Part shown: piece after piece, positions 45,801-57,937 of the stretch | How positions within the stretch are numbered: the stretch's first letter is position 1 | Layout of the letters: each line of letters begins with the position of its first letter | Assembly: GCA_964016885.1 (NCBI GenBank) | Contig: OZ024742.1 | Coordinates: 354,826,001-354,890,000 of the forward strand | Length of the DNA: 64,000 nucleotides | Source: Eledone cirrhosa | Taxonomy: Eukaryota | Direction of reading: 5' to 3' | Translations under genes and position numbers: made by a program | The notes under the pieces: model-generated | Database searches by the model: none | What the model was told of the DNA's origin: nothing | The model's input: the letters and a program-made list of their open reading frames with translations, nothing else

Positions 45801-47472
45801 GTTTGGCGCCTCTGATGTCTTAGCGGCAATAAAAGAAATCAAGCATAATTCAGCAGTAGGTCCCGATAGGTTCCCTGCTTGTGTCTTGAAGGCGTGTCAA
45901 CACCAACTTACATCTCCTCTTGCCAATCTGTGGCGGAACTCACTGGATGCTGGATATGTGCCAGAAAACCTACTATCCCAGTCTGTTGTCCCAGTTTTCA
46001 AAAAAGGAAACAAATCCCTTGCCGTGATTTACAGTACAATCTCACTACCCTCTCATATCATTAAGGTATTTGAGAGAGTAGTGATATCGCGAATGACTCA
46101 CTTCCTTGAGAGTAACAATATGCTGAACTCCAACCAGCATGGATTCCGTAATGGAAGGGACTGCCTGACGCAGCTACTGCATCACTTTGATGACATTTCG
46201 AGAGCTTTGGGAGAGGGTTCCAACACTGATGTTATCTACCTTGATTTCAGCAAGGCCTTTGACAGGGTTGATCACAACATTCTACTGAGAAAGCTGTCCA
46301 ATATTGGTGTCACTGGAAAGCTGATGCAGTGGATCAAGAGCTTCCTGTCAAACAGAACCCAACCTGTTGTAGTCGAAGGAGTGAAATCCAGCAGAGCCAA
46401 AGTCAGTAGTGGGGTCCCACAAGGCACTGTGTTGGGCCCACTTCTCTTCATCATCTATATTTATGACATCAATGACATCATCAAACACAGCAACATTAGA
46501 ATTTTCGCTGATGATTCCAAGCTCCAAAAGGTCATCAATGGCAAGGATGACTGGATAAGCCTTCAGTTAGACCTACTGGCTGTTACCCACTGGGCGGAAA
46601 AGAACATGTTACTGAACGAAGACAAATTCGAACTGATCCACTTTGGAAATGAGGATGCTCTGAAACTCCCGTACTCCTTTCCCTCCAGTGAAACTCTCGT
46701 GGTATCTAACAACATCAGAGACTTGGGAGTAACCGTGGACAGCAACATAAGCTGGGCCACGCATATAAGCAGCAATGTTGACATGGCCCGCAGAATGTGT
46801 TCCTTGATCCTCAGAACCTTCCAGTCGAGAGATTCCCACACCATTATCCTTCTCTTCTCCACTTTTGCCCGACCTCATCTTGAATACTGTTGTCCACTGT
46901 GGTCTCCCCACACGAAACAAAGTATCATGAAACTTGAAGCTCCCCAAAGGGCAATCACGAAAAAGATAGATGGCATGTCAGACCTTGACGACTGGGATCG
47001 ACTAGAAAAGCTGAAACTTTACCCACTTCAACGTCGCCGTGAGCGTTATATTATCTGCATGATGTGGAAAATGTTTAATCAGCACAGCCCAAATGATGTT
47101 GGCATAACCTTCATAATACACCCAAGGTTTGGGCCCCGTGCTATCCGTCCCAAACAAAAATCTAAATCGCAACTCATAACAACAATACGGCACAATTATT
47201 TCACCTCAATTGGCCCTGCTCTCTACAATATCACACCAGGACACGTCAGAACAGAAACGGACCACACACATTTCAAGAAGTCTTTGGACAAATTCCTCCA
47301 AGTAATCCCGGACAAACCACCCACACCCGGATATGTCTCGGCAAACAGTAATTCTCTTCTCGAATGGGCCATGGTGCCCAAATCCTGAATTGAAAGACTT
47401 CGCCAGGTGGTGCTATTAAGTTAAATATGGCCAGGGTCAATACTGGCGAAAACATTTCAAAGTTATTCAAAG

Positions 47473-47474
<2 letters not shown>
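42820..47474 (+). mobile_element. Near-full-length CR1/L2-group LINE (Myb/SANT-like, 2x CCCH, APE, RT), frameshifted
   Basis: APE motifs LTETHL, GGTAIYV, YRPP, GDFNLP, LDLIF, SDHD. RT motifs NQHGFR, YLDFSKAFD, SGVPQGTVLGP, FADD. Tail (TTCAAAGTTA)2 runs into (TA)n. 5' end approximate. Confidence 0.92.
45742..47388 (+). pseudogene. LINE reverse transcriptase domain (open 548-aa stretch)
   Basis: Full RT motif set, separated from APE by two frameshifts. Confidence 0.9.
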
Positions 47475-47503
<29 letters not shown>

Positions 47504-47507
<4 letters not shown>

Positions 47508-47989
47508 ACAAACATTTATTGATGAACTGTCGAACAAAGATATGCATATGTGTTCAATCCCTCGTAGCCATATATCTATATTTTCAAAACATTATTTCTT
47601 ACAAATGCTGGCCTGGTTTCAAAAGTAGAAACAATTAATTCTTACAAATACGAGGCGATTAAATAATTGTTTCTACTTTAGGCACAAGGCCAGCAATTAC
47701 CCAGTGCATTACTGGTACTTTATTTTATCGACCCTGTAAGGATGAAAGGCAAAGTCAACCTCGGCGGGATTTGAACTCAGATCATAAAGGGACGTAATTA
47801 TGCTGGAAAGCATGGCGTCCGACCCTCTACCGATACTGCCAATCCACCGCGAGGCGATTAAATAATATCTCTATATTACCATCATACACATAATATATAT
47901 ATATATATATATGTATATAAATATAAATATAAATATATATATATAAATAAATATAAATTGTATATATACATATATGTATATATATTGTA

Positions 47990-48000
<11 letters not shown>
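47504..48000. repeat. Direct duplicate of 38644-39040 carrying two SINE insertions
   Basis: cacaacaaacatttattgatgaactgtcg...catcatacaca is near-identical at both loci. Confidence 0.88.
47668..47849 (-). mobile_element. Full-length tRNA-SINE with 17-bp TSD
   Basis: TSD CGAGGCGATTAAATAAT at 47651-47667 and 47850-47866. Empty site at 38736-38764. Confidence 0.93.
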
Positions 48001-48022
<22 letters not shown>

Positions 48023-48063
48023 GTATATATGTATATATATATATATATGTATATATGTATATA

Positions 48064-48107
<44 letters not shown>

Positions 48108-48139
48108 CATATAAATATATATTGTATATATACATACAT

Positions 48140-48204
<65 letters not shown>

Positions 48205-48305
48205 TATGTATGTATCTATATATATATATCATACATACATACTTACATTTAAGTAACTGCCTTACTAAGAATGAGAAATGAAATTTCGTTTCATTCTATT
48301 CCAGT

Positions 48306-48336
<31 letters not shown>

Positions 48337-48456
48337 ATATATATATATATAAATATATATTATATATCTACATATAAATATATATTGTATATATACATAT
48401 ATGTGTATATATAAATATATGTATATATATATATATACATATCTATATATTTATAC

Positions 48457-48520
<64 letters not shown>

Positions 48521-48975
48521 ATAATAATAAATTTGAAGACTAAAATCCAAAGAGGGCTCGATAAGGATGAATGTATATCAAATATATAAAAACCGGAGAG
48601 CAAATATTTATTAAAATAACAGATTAATGTTTAAGCAAAGAATCGCTGCTTTCACCCTTAACGGGATCTTCTCAAACTAACATAGTCAATCTGTGAAACG
48701 CAGAAGTGAATATTTCAAAAAACGTTGCGACCGGAGGAAGACAGGAAGACAGGAAGGTACGGGTATGTTCTTTGTAGAAATATTCAGATGTTGTTTCTGC
48801 ATGATGAATATAAGTCAATTGACTTACGTAAAATATTAACTTCCTCTAATAATTAATCCTACTAACCCAATCATCGAGGACACTACACTTCGGCTTTTGA
48901 CACTTAGTATTCTATATCGCAGCTCTTTGTATTTCTCTGACACCATCTTCACTTACGAGTTTGTAACCTTGTTAT

Positions 48976-49055
<80 letters not shown>

Positions 49056-49299
49056 AAGCAGGAAATTGCTTATTGTGATGCAATTCGTGGTTAAGAAAGC
49101 CAGTTTCATGGATGGTTTCAACGTACGGTTATGGGTAACTCCACAAGTTTGTAAGAATTCCGTTCAATCTTGGAGTATAAAGTATAAAAGAGAAAACACG
49201 TGTAAGCATTAAGAAAAGGATTTTATCTCCAGGTATTTACGACCATTTCAATGGTAAGTGCAACCTTATATTGCTATACTGCAAATAGCAGCCACTCAA

Positions 49300-49337
<38 letters not shown>

Positions 49338-49339
<2 letters not shown>

Positions 49340-50259
49340 TCTCGCTTTAACTCTCCTGCTCTGATCTGGTGCTACAGTAAAGCCAAAGTCATGGTGTTGC
49401 TCCAGTGCAAGGCGCATACAATATTCCACTACGATGATAAAAAGGAAGGGAGCCAATATATCTCCCTGGAGCACTCCAGCCAGTACGTCAAAGAACTCTG
49501 TCATCCCATTAGGTGTAATGACGTGTGCTTTGGTGTTGGTGTAGAGCAGTGATATCAGGTCCACTAACATCTTGGGGATTCCATAAGCCTGTAAGATCTT
49601 CATCAGGAAGTCACGGTCCACAGAATCAAAGGCCTTCCTAAAGTCAATAAAACCATGATCGCAGGAAGGCATTTTGCTCTAGCCCCTCTAATATCCTCCT
49701 CATCAACAGGATGTGACTGGTGGTTGATCTTCCCTCTCTGAAGCTATTCCTAAGCTTCCTCTCCATCTCAGGCTGGATCCTGTTAAGAATCATCCTGTTG
49801 AGGACCTGGAAATCCGCCTCTTCATTGTTGTAGTGGAGTCTGTGCTGCTGTACGGGTCTGAGACTTGGACACTGACCAAGAAACCCACTCAGATGGTGGA
49901 TGGGTGCTACACGAGAATGCTGAGGACGGCTCTGAACATAAATCAGTATACACTGAGGATGAAAAACTCAGAGCTGTATGGGAGCCTCCCAAAAGTCAGT
50001 TCAAAAGTGACACAGAGGAGAATCCGTTTAGCTGAACATGCTGACCGTCATCTAGAGTTGACATTGCACTCAGTGCTCCTGTGAGAGCCCCTACATGGAC
50101 ACACTGGAAGAAGAAGACCAAGGTTAACGTATGTTGTTCCCTAAGGACAGACACTGCTCTGTTGGAGACGCATGACATGGTAGCGATAATGAGGTACAAA
50201 TACCGGTGGAGAGAAGTCGTCCATAGATCTCGGAGATTTTACCCGTCCTAGAATAGAAT
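49338..50259. mobile_element. RTE-type LINE with 5' inversion
   Basis: Minus 49338-49801: FIDFRKAFDSV..GVLQGDILAPFLF. Plus 49802-50259: SVLLYGSETWTLT and a (TAGAA)2 tail. Confidence 0.85.
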
Positions 50260-50409
50260 ATATATTGTTATACTTGAGGAGGGTCATATGTGTGTAATTA
50301 TATTGCCAGAATTAATAACAGAACACACTCACTGATAGGTTGGTTTTCGCTGCTGTGTCTTTCATATCAGTTAATTTAATTTATTCGGTCCTCAATGTTG
50401 CCATTGACT

Positions 50410-50561
<152 letters not shown>

Positions 50562-50593
50562 TATATGTATCTATATATGTATATATATATATA

Positions 50594-50838
50594 TGACACA
50601 GAGGAGACTGAGGTTTGCTGGACATGCGCACCGACATCCAGAGTTGACATTGCACTCAGTGATCCTGTGGGAGCCTCTACATCGACACACTGGAAGAGGA
50701 AGACCAAGGTTAAAGTATGTTGATGCCCTAAGGACAGATACTGGTCTGTTGGAGACGCAGGACATGGCAGCGATAATGAGGGAGATAGACCGCTGGAAGA
50801 AGTCGTCCATAGATCTCGGGGATATGTATCCGCCCTAG
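50594..50838 (+). mobile_element. RTE-type LINE extreme 3' fragment
   Basis: RRLRFAGHAHRHPE..RGRPRLKYVD. Another copy at 57447-57585 (-). Confidence 0.85.
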
Positions 50839-50839
50839 A

Positions 50840-50871
<32 letters not shown>

Positions 50872-50872
50872 G

Positions 50873-52661
50873 TATAAATTTACAGGAGGCTGGACAGGTG
50901 TGAATCCTATGATCATTTGAATGACCGGGTTCAGTATGAATCCGGTGACATCATAAGTTAATTCAAAATATAACGAAGGAATATAACAGATAAAAATCCT
51001 TGGTGCTGAAAATCAGTGACATGGCATTGCTGATCCACGTTGAATATTAAGATACGAACTTACACCAGGTATCCTCTATATCTATAGGTATAACCTTGTA
51101 TTATCCGAATGCCCCTCAATATTTCCTATATTTCCTCTGTGTTTTGATTTCTTCGATATGTTCTCTATACTTCCGTTTTACTCCATGCATCACCACCCTA
51201 GTTATGAATGCATTTTATTTTTGTATTTTTATTTATTCATGTATCAGGCTTTTATTTTTGTATTTTGCTTATTATTCCTTTTATTTATTTACTTACTCGC
51301 TATATTCCCAGTACATAACTAAGAATGTGCTCATTAGTACACGACCCTAGAATATTACTCTCTGTACCCACATATCTGTTTCTTTATTCACTCCCCCTAC
51401 CTACCCTAGAAACACACTACTATAACCCGGACTAAATGGAGACTAGTTATAGTCTATTAGCGTATTTCATCGAGTTTTACCACATTTAACCCGACACCAC
51501 GGGTGTGAATAACATAATAATCGTTTGGTAACACGCGTCGATCCGACGGATGTGCCGGATTTCCGCCGGACCTCGGGCGGTTTAGGCTTCCTGGAGTGCT
51601 TGGAAAAATAAACTTCACCTTCTTTCGATAAACGAAATTACTCGGAACGGTTGCTTCGACCTGTGGCCAGGTCGAGCTTGGGACGAGCCGCGCCGCCGGC
51701 ATTGACGCCCAAATAGTACCTTTTATTTCTAATCTTAGTCATAACCTTTAGGTGTATCATGCCTCTTCCTATTGCACTTAACTAAATCCCCACCCTGTGT
51801 GATATAATTTCATCCGTCTGGTATATACGATGGCCAGCCGTCACTGGGGGACTTCACACCAACACACCCGACGCCTAAGACAGTTTCATTCCTAGAGTGC
51901 TTGGAAAACCTAATTTCCATTTCTTTCGCTAGACGATATTACTCGGAACAGCTAACACGTGTGAGGGGGTGGCTGGGGCGGGGTCCGCAGTCGTCGCTGG
52001 CTATTGACCGCTAGCAAGGGCGTAATATTTACTCTATATACTAGCCTGAAATTGATCGTGACTATATATATATTACATTTAAACATTTTCATAAAAGCCT
52101 CCTTATGTTAATTGTCACCTTCTCTCTATATGACTTACACACACTCTCTCTTTCTCACTCTCTCTATCAATATCTCTCTCTTTTTAATTCTACTACACAC
52201 TCTCTTTGTTTTACTCTCTCTGCCACTCTCTGTCTCTCTCTCATTCACACTCACTCTCTACCTTTTTAATCTGTATGTCTGTCTTTGTTGAAGTTATTTG
52301 TTCTTGAAAAAGAATGTTTCGCGGCATTTTCGAGCATGCCTAGCCAGCCTGATGGATGCGTTACCTCCGCGCTGACATTTCCATCTGACAGGATGGTAGT
52401 AGTACATTAAAAGCTTGCGTCGCCACAATAGATGGTCATATGTAGACCTAATGATCAACACTAGATAGCGGCCGACAAAGGTAGAAGCTGTTAAATTGCC
52501 GGTCGCCCTCCTGTCTCTGATTTTCAGCACCATGGCTTTTTATCTGTTTTATTCCTTCGTTATATGTTGAATTACCTGATGATGTCACCGGCCATTGAAA
52601 TGATCATATTATAATACACTTTTCAAGGATTTACACCAGTCCAGCCTCCTGTTATTTTATA
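50873..52661. mobile_element. Non-coding element with ~150-bp inverted termini containing an HHR-like motif
   Basis: 50873-51020 vs 52513-52661. CTGATGA..GAAA TGATCA TA at 52576-52608. Confidence 0.65.
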
Positions 52662-52847
52662 ATAATTAACTCCGTACTCGCACCACCAGCTACACAAACG
52701 AAGACGGATGAGTTGCATTACGTTGAGTACTCTCCAAAATATTACATCGAGGTTGACCACACGGAATGACCAGTTCTATCCAGTGGTGAACCAACAAACC
52801 CAAATAAATACGTATGTTTATATTAGTGTTCATCTCTCTTGTTTATT

Positions 52848-52911
<64 letters not shown>

Positions 52912-52914
<3 letters not shown>

Positions 52915-53539
52915 ATTAATAAAGTAATGAATAGACAAAGAAACAGTTCCTGATATTAAAAAAATTCATCATTTTCGATCGTTTCTAGGATATATATTTG
53001 TTAGTGTTGTTATGCATATTCTATAGATCTATGTCAAATATTTATACAAACCATCAGAGGGAATATAGATACCTACACATATATATGCCGTCTTCAGAAA
53101 TAATGTTATTTATTTATTGAAAAAACAAAGATTTAATACAATAGGTCTGTTTGGGAATAGGTTTTGAATTGACTATATCTAAGGATATCCTATTAAATAA
53201 GCGTCAGGAATTAATAATATCGTGTAATCACAAACTGAGAAAAACCTTTAAATGTTATAAACTTAATTAATATACATCTTAGAAATTAATATATAAACTG
53301 TTTTTAATTTAGTTAACCTATAATTAGTATTCTACTACTGATGAACTACATAATTTTACTTTCCTTCTTACAACTATCATTTCCTAAAACTGATACCATT
53401 AAATAAACATATATAATGCTTTAATTTCAGGTTATGACTCTATGTTCCTTGAAATCTCTATATATTTATTATAAATTTAAATCCCACCCAATAATTATGT
53501 GTATGTGTATGTATGTATGTGTGTATATGTATATGTATG

Positions 53540-53590
<51 letters not shown>

Positions 53591-54532
53591 ATGTGTGTGT
53601 ATGTGTACGTATATATATATATATGTATATATATATATTTTATTTTTATATTCTTTTAATTTCCCCTCATCTTTAACAGCACTCTTCAACTACATCTAAC
53701 TCTTATTTATCATATCTATATGCATTAGTATAATTTTATCAATATAAATATATCCATCACTTGAATAAATGTATATTCTTTTCATTGATGTATTTTTTTC
53801 ACTAATACTCTTATCGTAAAATTTTAGTCTCCTTAGATATTTGCATTGGCATTACTATTTTATAACAGCAACTGTTCGTATACCTTTTACTGACCTGACC
53901 TATTTTCACCCCTAAAATAACCTTCTCATTCTTCACACTCCATTCAAAACTGAAATCTACCTTCATCTACCCCTAAAATAAACTTCAATTACTACTATTT
54001 TACCATTTGGCCAATTATTAACTCTCTATTGGTTAATTCTAAACGTGTTACCAAACAGACAGACTATATCAAATCTTTGTTGATTTTAATCAATGAAACA
54101 AATATAATTATTTCTGAGGTCAGCATACGACCTATTTCCATCCCTAAAATAATCTTTCATTCATAATATTCTTTTCCATCCAAAACTGAAATCTACCTTC
54201 CTCTACCCATAAATTAAGGTTCTTTTACTACTAGATTACTATCTTGACCTACACTATCTTTCTATTGGTCAATTCAAAATCTGTTCCCAAACAGACCTAG
54301 TGTATTAAATCTTTGTTTTTTCAATAAACACATATCATTATTTCTGAAGACGTCATATATATGTGTAGGTATGTATATTCCCTCTGATAGTTTGTATAAA
54401 TATTTTACATAGATCTATAGAATATGCATACCAACATTAATACATATATATCCTAGAAACAATCGTAAAATGATGAATTTTTTTTATTATAAGGAACTGT
54501 TTCTTTGTTTATTCATGACTTTATTAATTTAT
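52912..54532. mobile_element. Non-coding element with ~265-bp inverted termini and an internal ~230-bp tandem duplication
   Basis: 52912-53175 vs 54266-54532. 53897-54120 repeats 54129-54350. Confidence 0.82.
54336..54475 (+). ncRNA. Type I hammerhead with 105-nt stem-loop II
   Basis: CATTATTT CTGAAGA [105 nt] GAAA CAATCG TA AAATGATG with an 8-bp stem I. The minus copy 52967-53105 has palindromic stem III CGATCG but lacks U16.1. Confidence 0.7.
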
Positions 54533-54662
54533 CTTGACTCTGTTTTCCGTTAATTTACACCGAAAATAGTTTTTGAATGCATCTTCTCTTTTCATGATAT
54601 CCGGATTACATTGAGTTCTTCATACGGATTGGACACTACCGTACATTTTTGGTAGATTTATC

Positions 54663-54703
<41 letters not shown>

Positions 54704-54810
54704 TATATAATATTTTGAGAATAGGCTCTCAGTCCTTTACAATAATTAAGCTCCAGGAAAGGGGCATTTCCGAGCAGTTAATGTATATATATATATATAT
54801 ATATATATAT

Positions 54811-55168
54811 GGGAGGAAGTTATAGTTCACTTCAAGCATTGTGTAATGAGATATAAACGTTTGAATTTGTAAAGCCAAACAATGCAGGTATGGACATAGA
54901 ATAAAAATGCAAATGCAAAAGATATGTTGACAATTAGTCTTTTACCTTAGATTTATTTAAATGTCCTTAATATTCGAGATAATATTTCTTAACCGCTTTA
55001 ACCGCTTTACTTCCCTCCGAAGAAGAAATATTATCTCGAAAATTAAGGACATTTAAATACATCTAAGGTAAAAGACTAATTGTCAACAACATCTTTTGCA
55101 TTTGCATTCTTTATTCTATGTCCATACCTGCATTGTTTTGGCTTTATTATACATATACAAACGTTTAT
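54811..55168. mobile_element. Solo palindromic pLTR of the Poseidon-like family at 6112/10426
   Basis: Arms ~54853-54990 and ~55022-55167. The spacer contains (AACCGCTTT)2 and the HHR 5' part. Confidence 0.85.
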
Positions 55169-55538
55169 ATATATATATATATATATATATACATACATCT
55201 CCAATATATAATTTATTTTTTAAATACATCTCCGTAATCTATCTCGATCTTTCTTTCTTTCCTTCTTTTAATGGCCGACTGAAAAAGCACGTGTGTCATT
55301 TTCCTCCCCATCTCTTTTCTTATTTTCCCTGTTCCTTCCTCTCATCATCCTTTACTTTCTATTTATATATATATATCAGATAAATTCAAGTCATAATACA
55401 TCGTAATACATCGTAATCATACTTCGTTATCGATCTATATTAGGTTAGTTACAACAATTCGGATAAGGAAAATATTTACTTACATGTATATCACCAGCTG
55501 TTGTCAAAAATGACTGGGGATTCTTTTCTTTGTTTTTG

Positions 55539-55616
55539 TGCCTCTCTTTTGTTCTGTCCTACGCCATCTTGTTTCTCTTGAAACAAGATGGCGTAGGAGA
55601 GAACAAAGGAGAGGCA
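55539..55616. repeat. 78-bp palindrome
   Basis: cctacgccatcttgtttc TCTT gaaacaagatggcgtagg. Confidence 0.8.
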
Positions 55617-55675
55617 TTAACTAATGAATATATATATATATATATATTTATTAAAATAACAGTTTAAGGTTTAAG

Positions 55676-56360
55676 CAAAGAATCGCTGCTTTCACCCTTA
55701 ACTGTATCTTCAAAGAATCGCTGCTTTCACCCTTAACGGGATCTTCAAAGAATCGATGCTTTCCCCATTAACGGGATCTTCAAAGGATCACTGCTTTCAC
55801 CCTTAACGGGATCTTCAAAGAATCGCTGCTTTCACCCTTAACGGGATCTTCAAAGAATCGATGCTTTCACCATTAACGGGATCTTCAAAGGATCACTGCT
55901 TTCACCCTTAACGGGATCTTCAAAGAATCGCTGCTTTCACCCTTAACGGGATCTTCAAAGAATCGCTGCTTTCACCCTTAACGGGATCTTCAAAGAATCG
56001 CTGCTTTCACTCTCAACGGGATCTTCAAAGAATCGCTGCATTCACCCATAACGGGATCTTCAAAGAATCGCTGCTTTCACCCTTAACGGGATCTTCTAAG
56101 AATCCCTGCTTTCACTCTGAACGGGATCTTCAAAGAATCGCTGCATTCACCCTTAACGGGATCTTCAAAGAATCGCTGCTTTCACCCTTAACGGGATCTT
56201 CAAAGAATCGCTTCTTTCACTCTGAACGGGATCTTCAAAGAATCGCTGCATTCACCCTTAACGGGATCTTCAAAGAATCGCTGGTTTCACCCTTAACGGG
56301 ATCTTCAAAGAGTCGCTGGTTTCACCCTTAACGGGATCTTCAAAGGATCGCTGCTTTCAC

Positions 56361-56365
<5 letters not shown>
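55676..56365 (-). repeat. 35-bp tandem array (19 full units + 25 nt) derived from a hammerhead core
   Basis: Unit CAAAGAATCGCTGCTTTCACCCTTAACGGGATCTT with an exact 35-bp period from 55676 to 56341. Matches the family N HHR. Confidence 0.95.
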
Positions 56366-56423
<58 letters not shown>

Positions 56424-56424
56424 A

Positions 56425-56971
<547 letters not shown>

Positions 56972-56972
56972 G

Positions 56973-57012
<40 letters not shown>

Positions 57013-57056
57013 ATGTATAATATATTAATATATAATATATAATGTTTAATATATTA

Positions 57057-57222
57057 ATATAGAAAATATTCTACAGGACTAGAACTGTTTCATTCGTGAG
57101 AAATCATCAGGAAGCTGACTGTCCAAGTAAATATGGTGGTATATAAATATACTTGGATAGTCTGCTTCCAGATGATTTCTCACGAATGAGACAGTTCTAG
57201 TCCTGTAGAAGTTTTTCTATAT
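57057..57222. ncRNA. 166-bp palindrome with two hammerheads (57068-57114 minus intact, 57165-57211 plus mutated)
   Basis: CTTC CTGATGA TTTC tcac GAAT GAAA CAG ttctagtc CTG TA GAA. The plus copy has CAGATGA and GAGA. Confidence 0.78.
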
Positions 57223-57644
57223 GAAACATTTATAGTCTGCTATGTATTGAGTACCTTACTTACTGTGATTAACCCTGATTGAACCCGGGATAAACTAACG
57301 TAATTAGATTGACTGAATTGTTCAACCTAATTGTCACTCATTCCTAGCACTGGTTAATTGCTTCAGGTTACCTTTGGTGTTTCTATGGTGAGATTTTTTT
57401 TTATTCTAATTAATTTTGATGCAGTTTTGGTCGACAGAAACCAGGCTTCTATCTAAGGCGGGTAACATTCCCGAGATCCATGGACGAGTTCTCCCCAGCG
57501 GTCTCTGTCCCTCATTATCGCTGCCAAGTTCTGCGTCTCCAACAGACCAGTGTCTGACTTGGTCTTCCTCTTCTAGTGTGTCCACATTAAACAAGGCTTA
57601 ATATACTTAAATACTACTATTTGTGCCTTGCAAAACTTTGACAG

Positions 57645-57759
57645 CTCTTATACTATTGGAAGGAATTCTATGATGATTCCACTCAGTTAATACTGCTTGG
57701 TCTTTTTCCCACAGTTTCGAAGGCATTGAAATCTGCCATGTGTGTTACATCTTCCCCGA
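57645..57759 (+). CDS. Candidate host exon LLYYWKEFYDDSTQLILLGLFPTVSKALKSAMCVTSSP
   Basis: ctttgacAG acceptor, GTAAGT donor, open frame, phase 0 to phase 1. An alternative acceptor lies at 57714. Confidence 0.45.
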
Positions 57760-57875
57760 GTAAGTAATAAATAGAATCATAAAGACTCTACCTTTGAAGA
57801 CTGTATTCAACCAGAATTTCTCTTAGTGATATACTTGTGTCATCATCCTGAGCCAGATGTTTTCATACATTAATC

Positions 57876-57931
<56 letters not shown>

Positions 57932-57937
<6 letters not shown>

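Noticed and set aside
55676-56365. CRISPR-like array (35-bp repeats)
   Set aside because: Units are head-to-tail with no unique spacers, there are no cas genes, and the context is eukaryotic.
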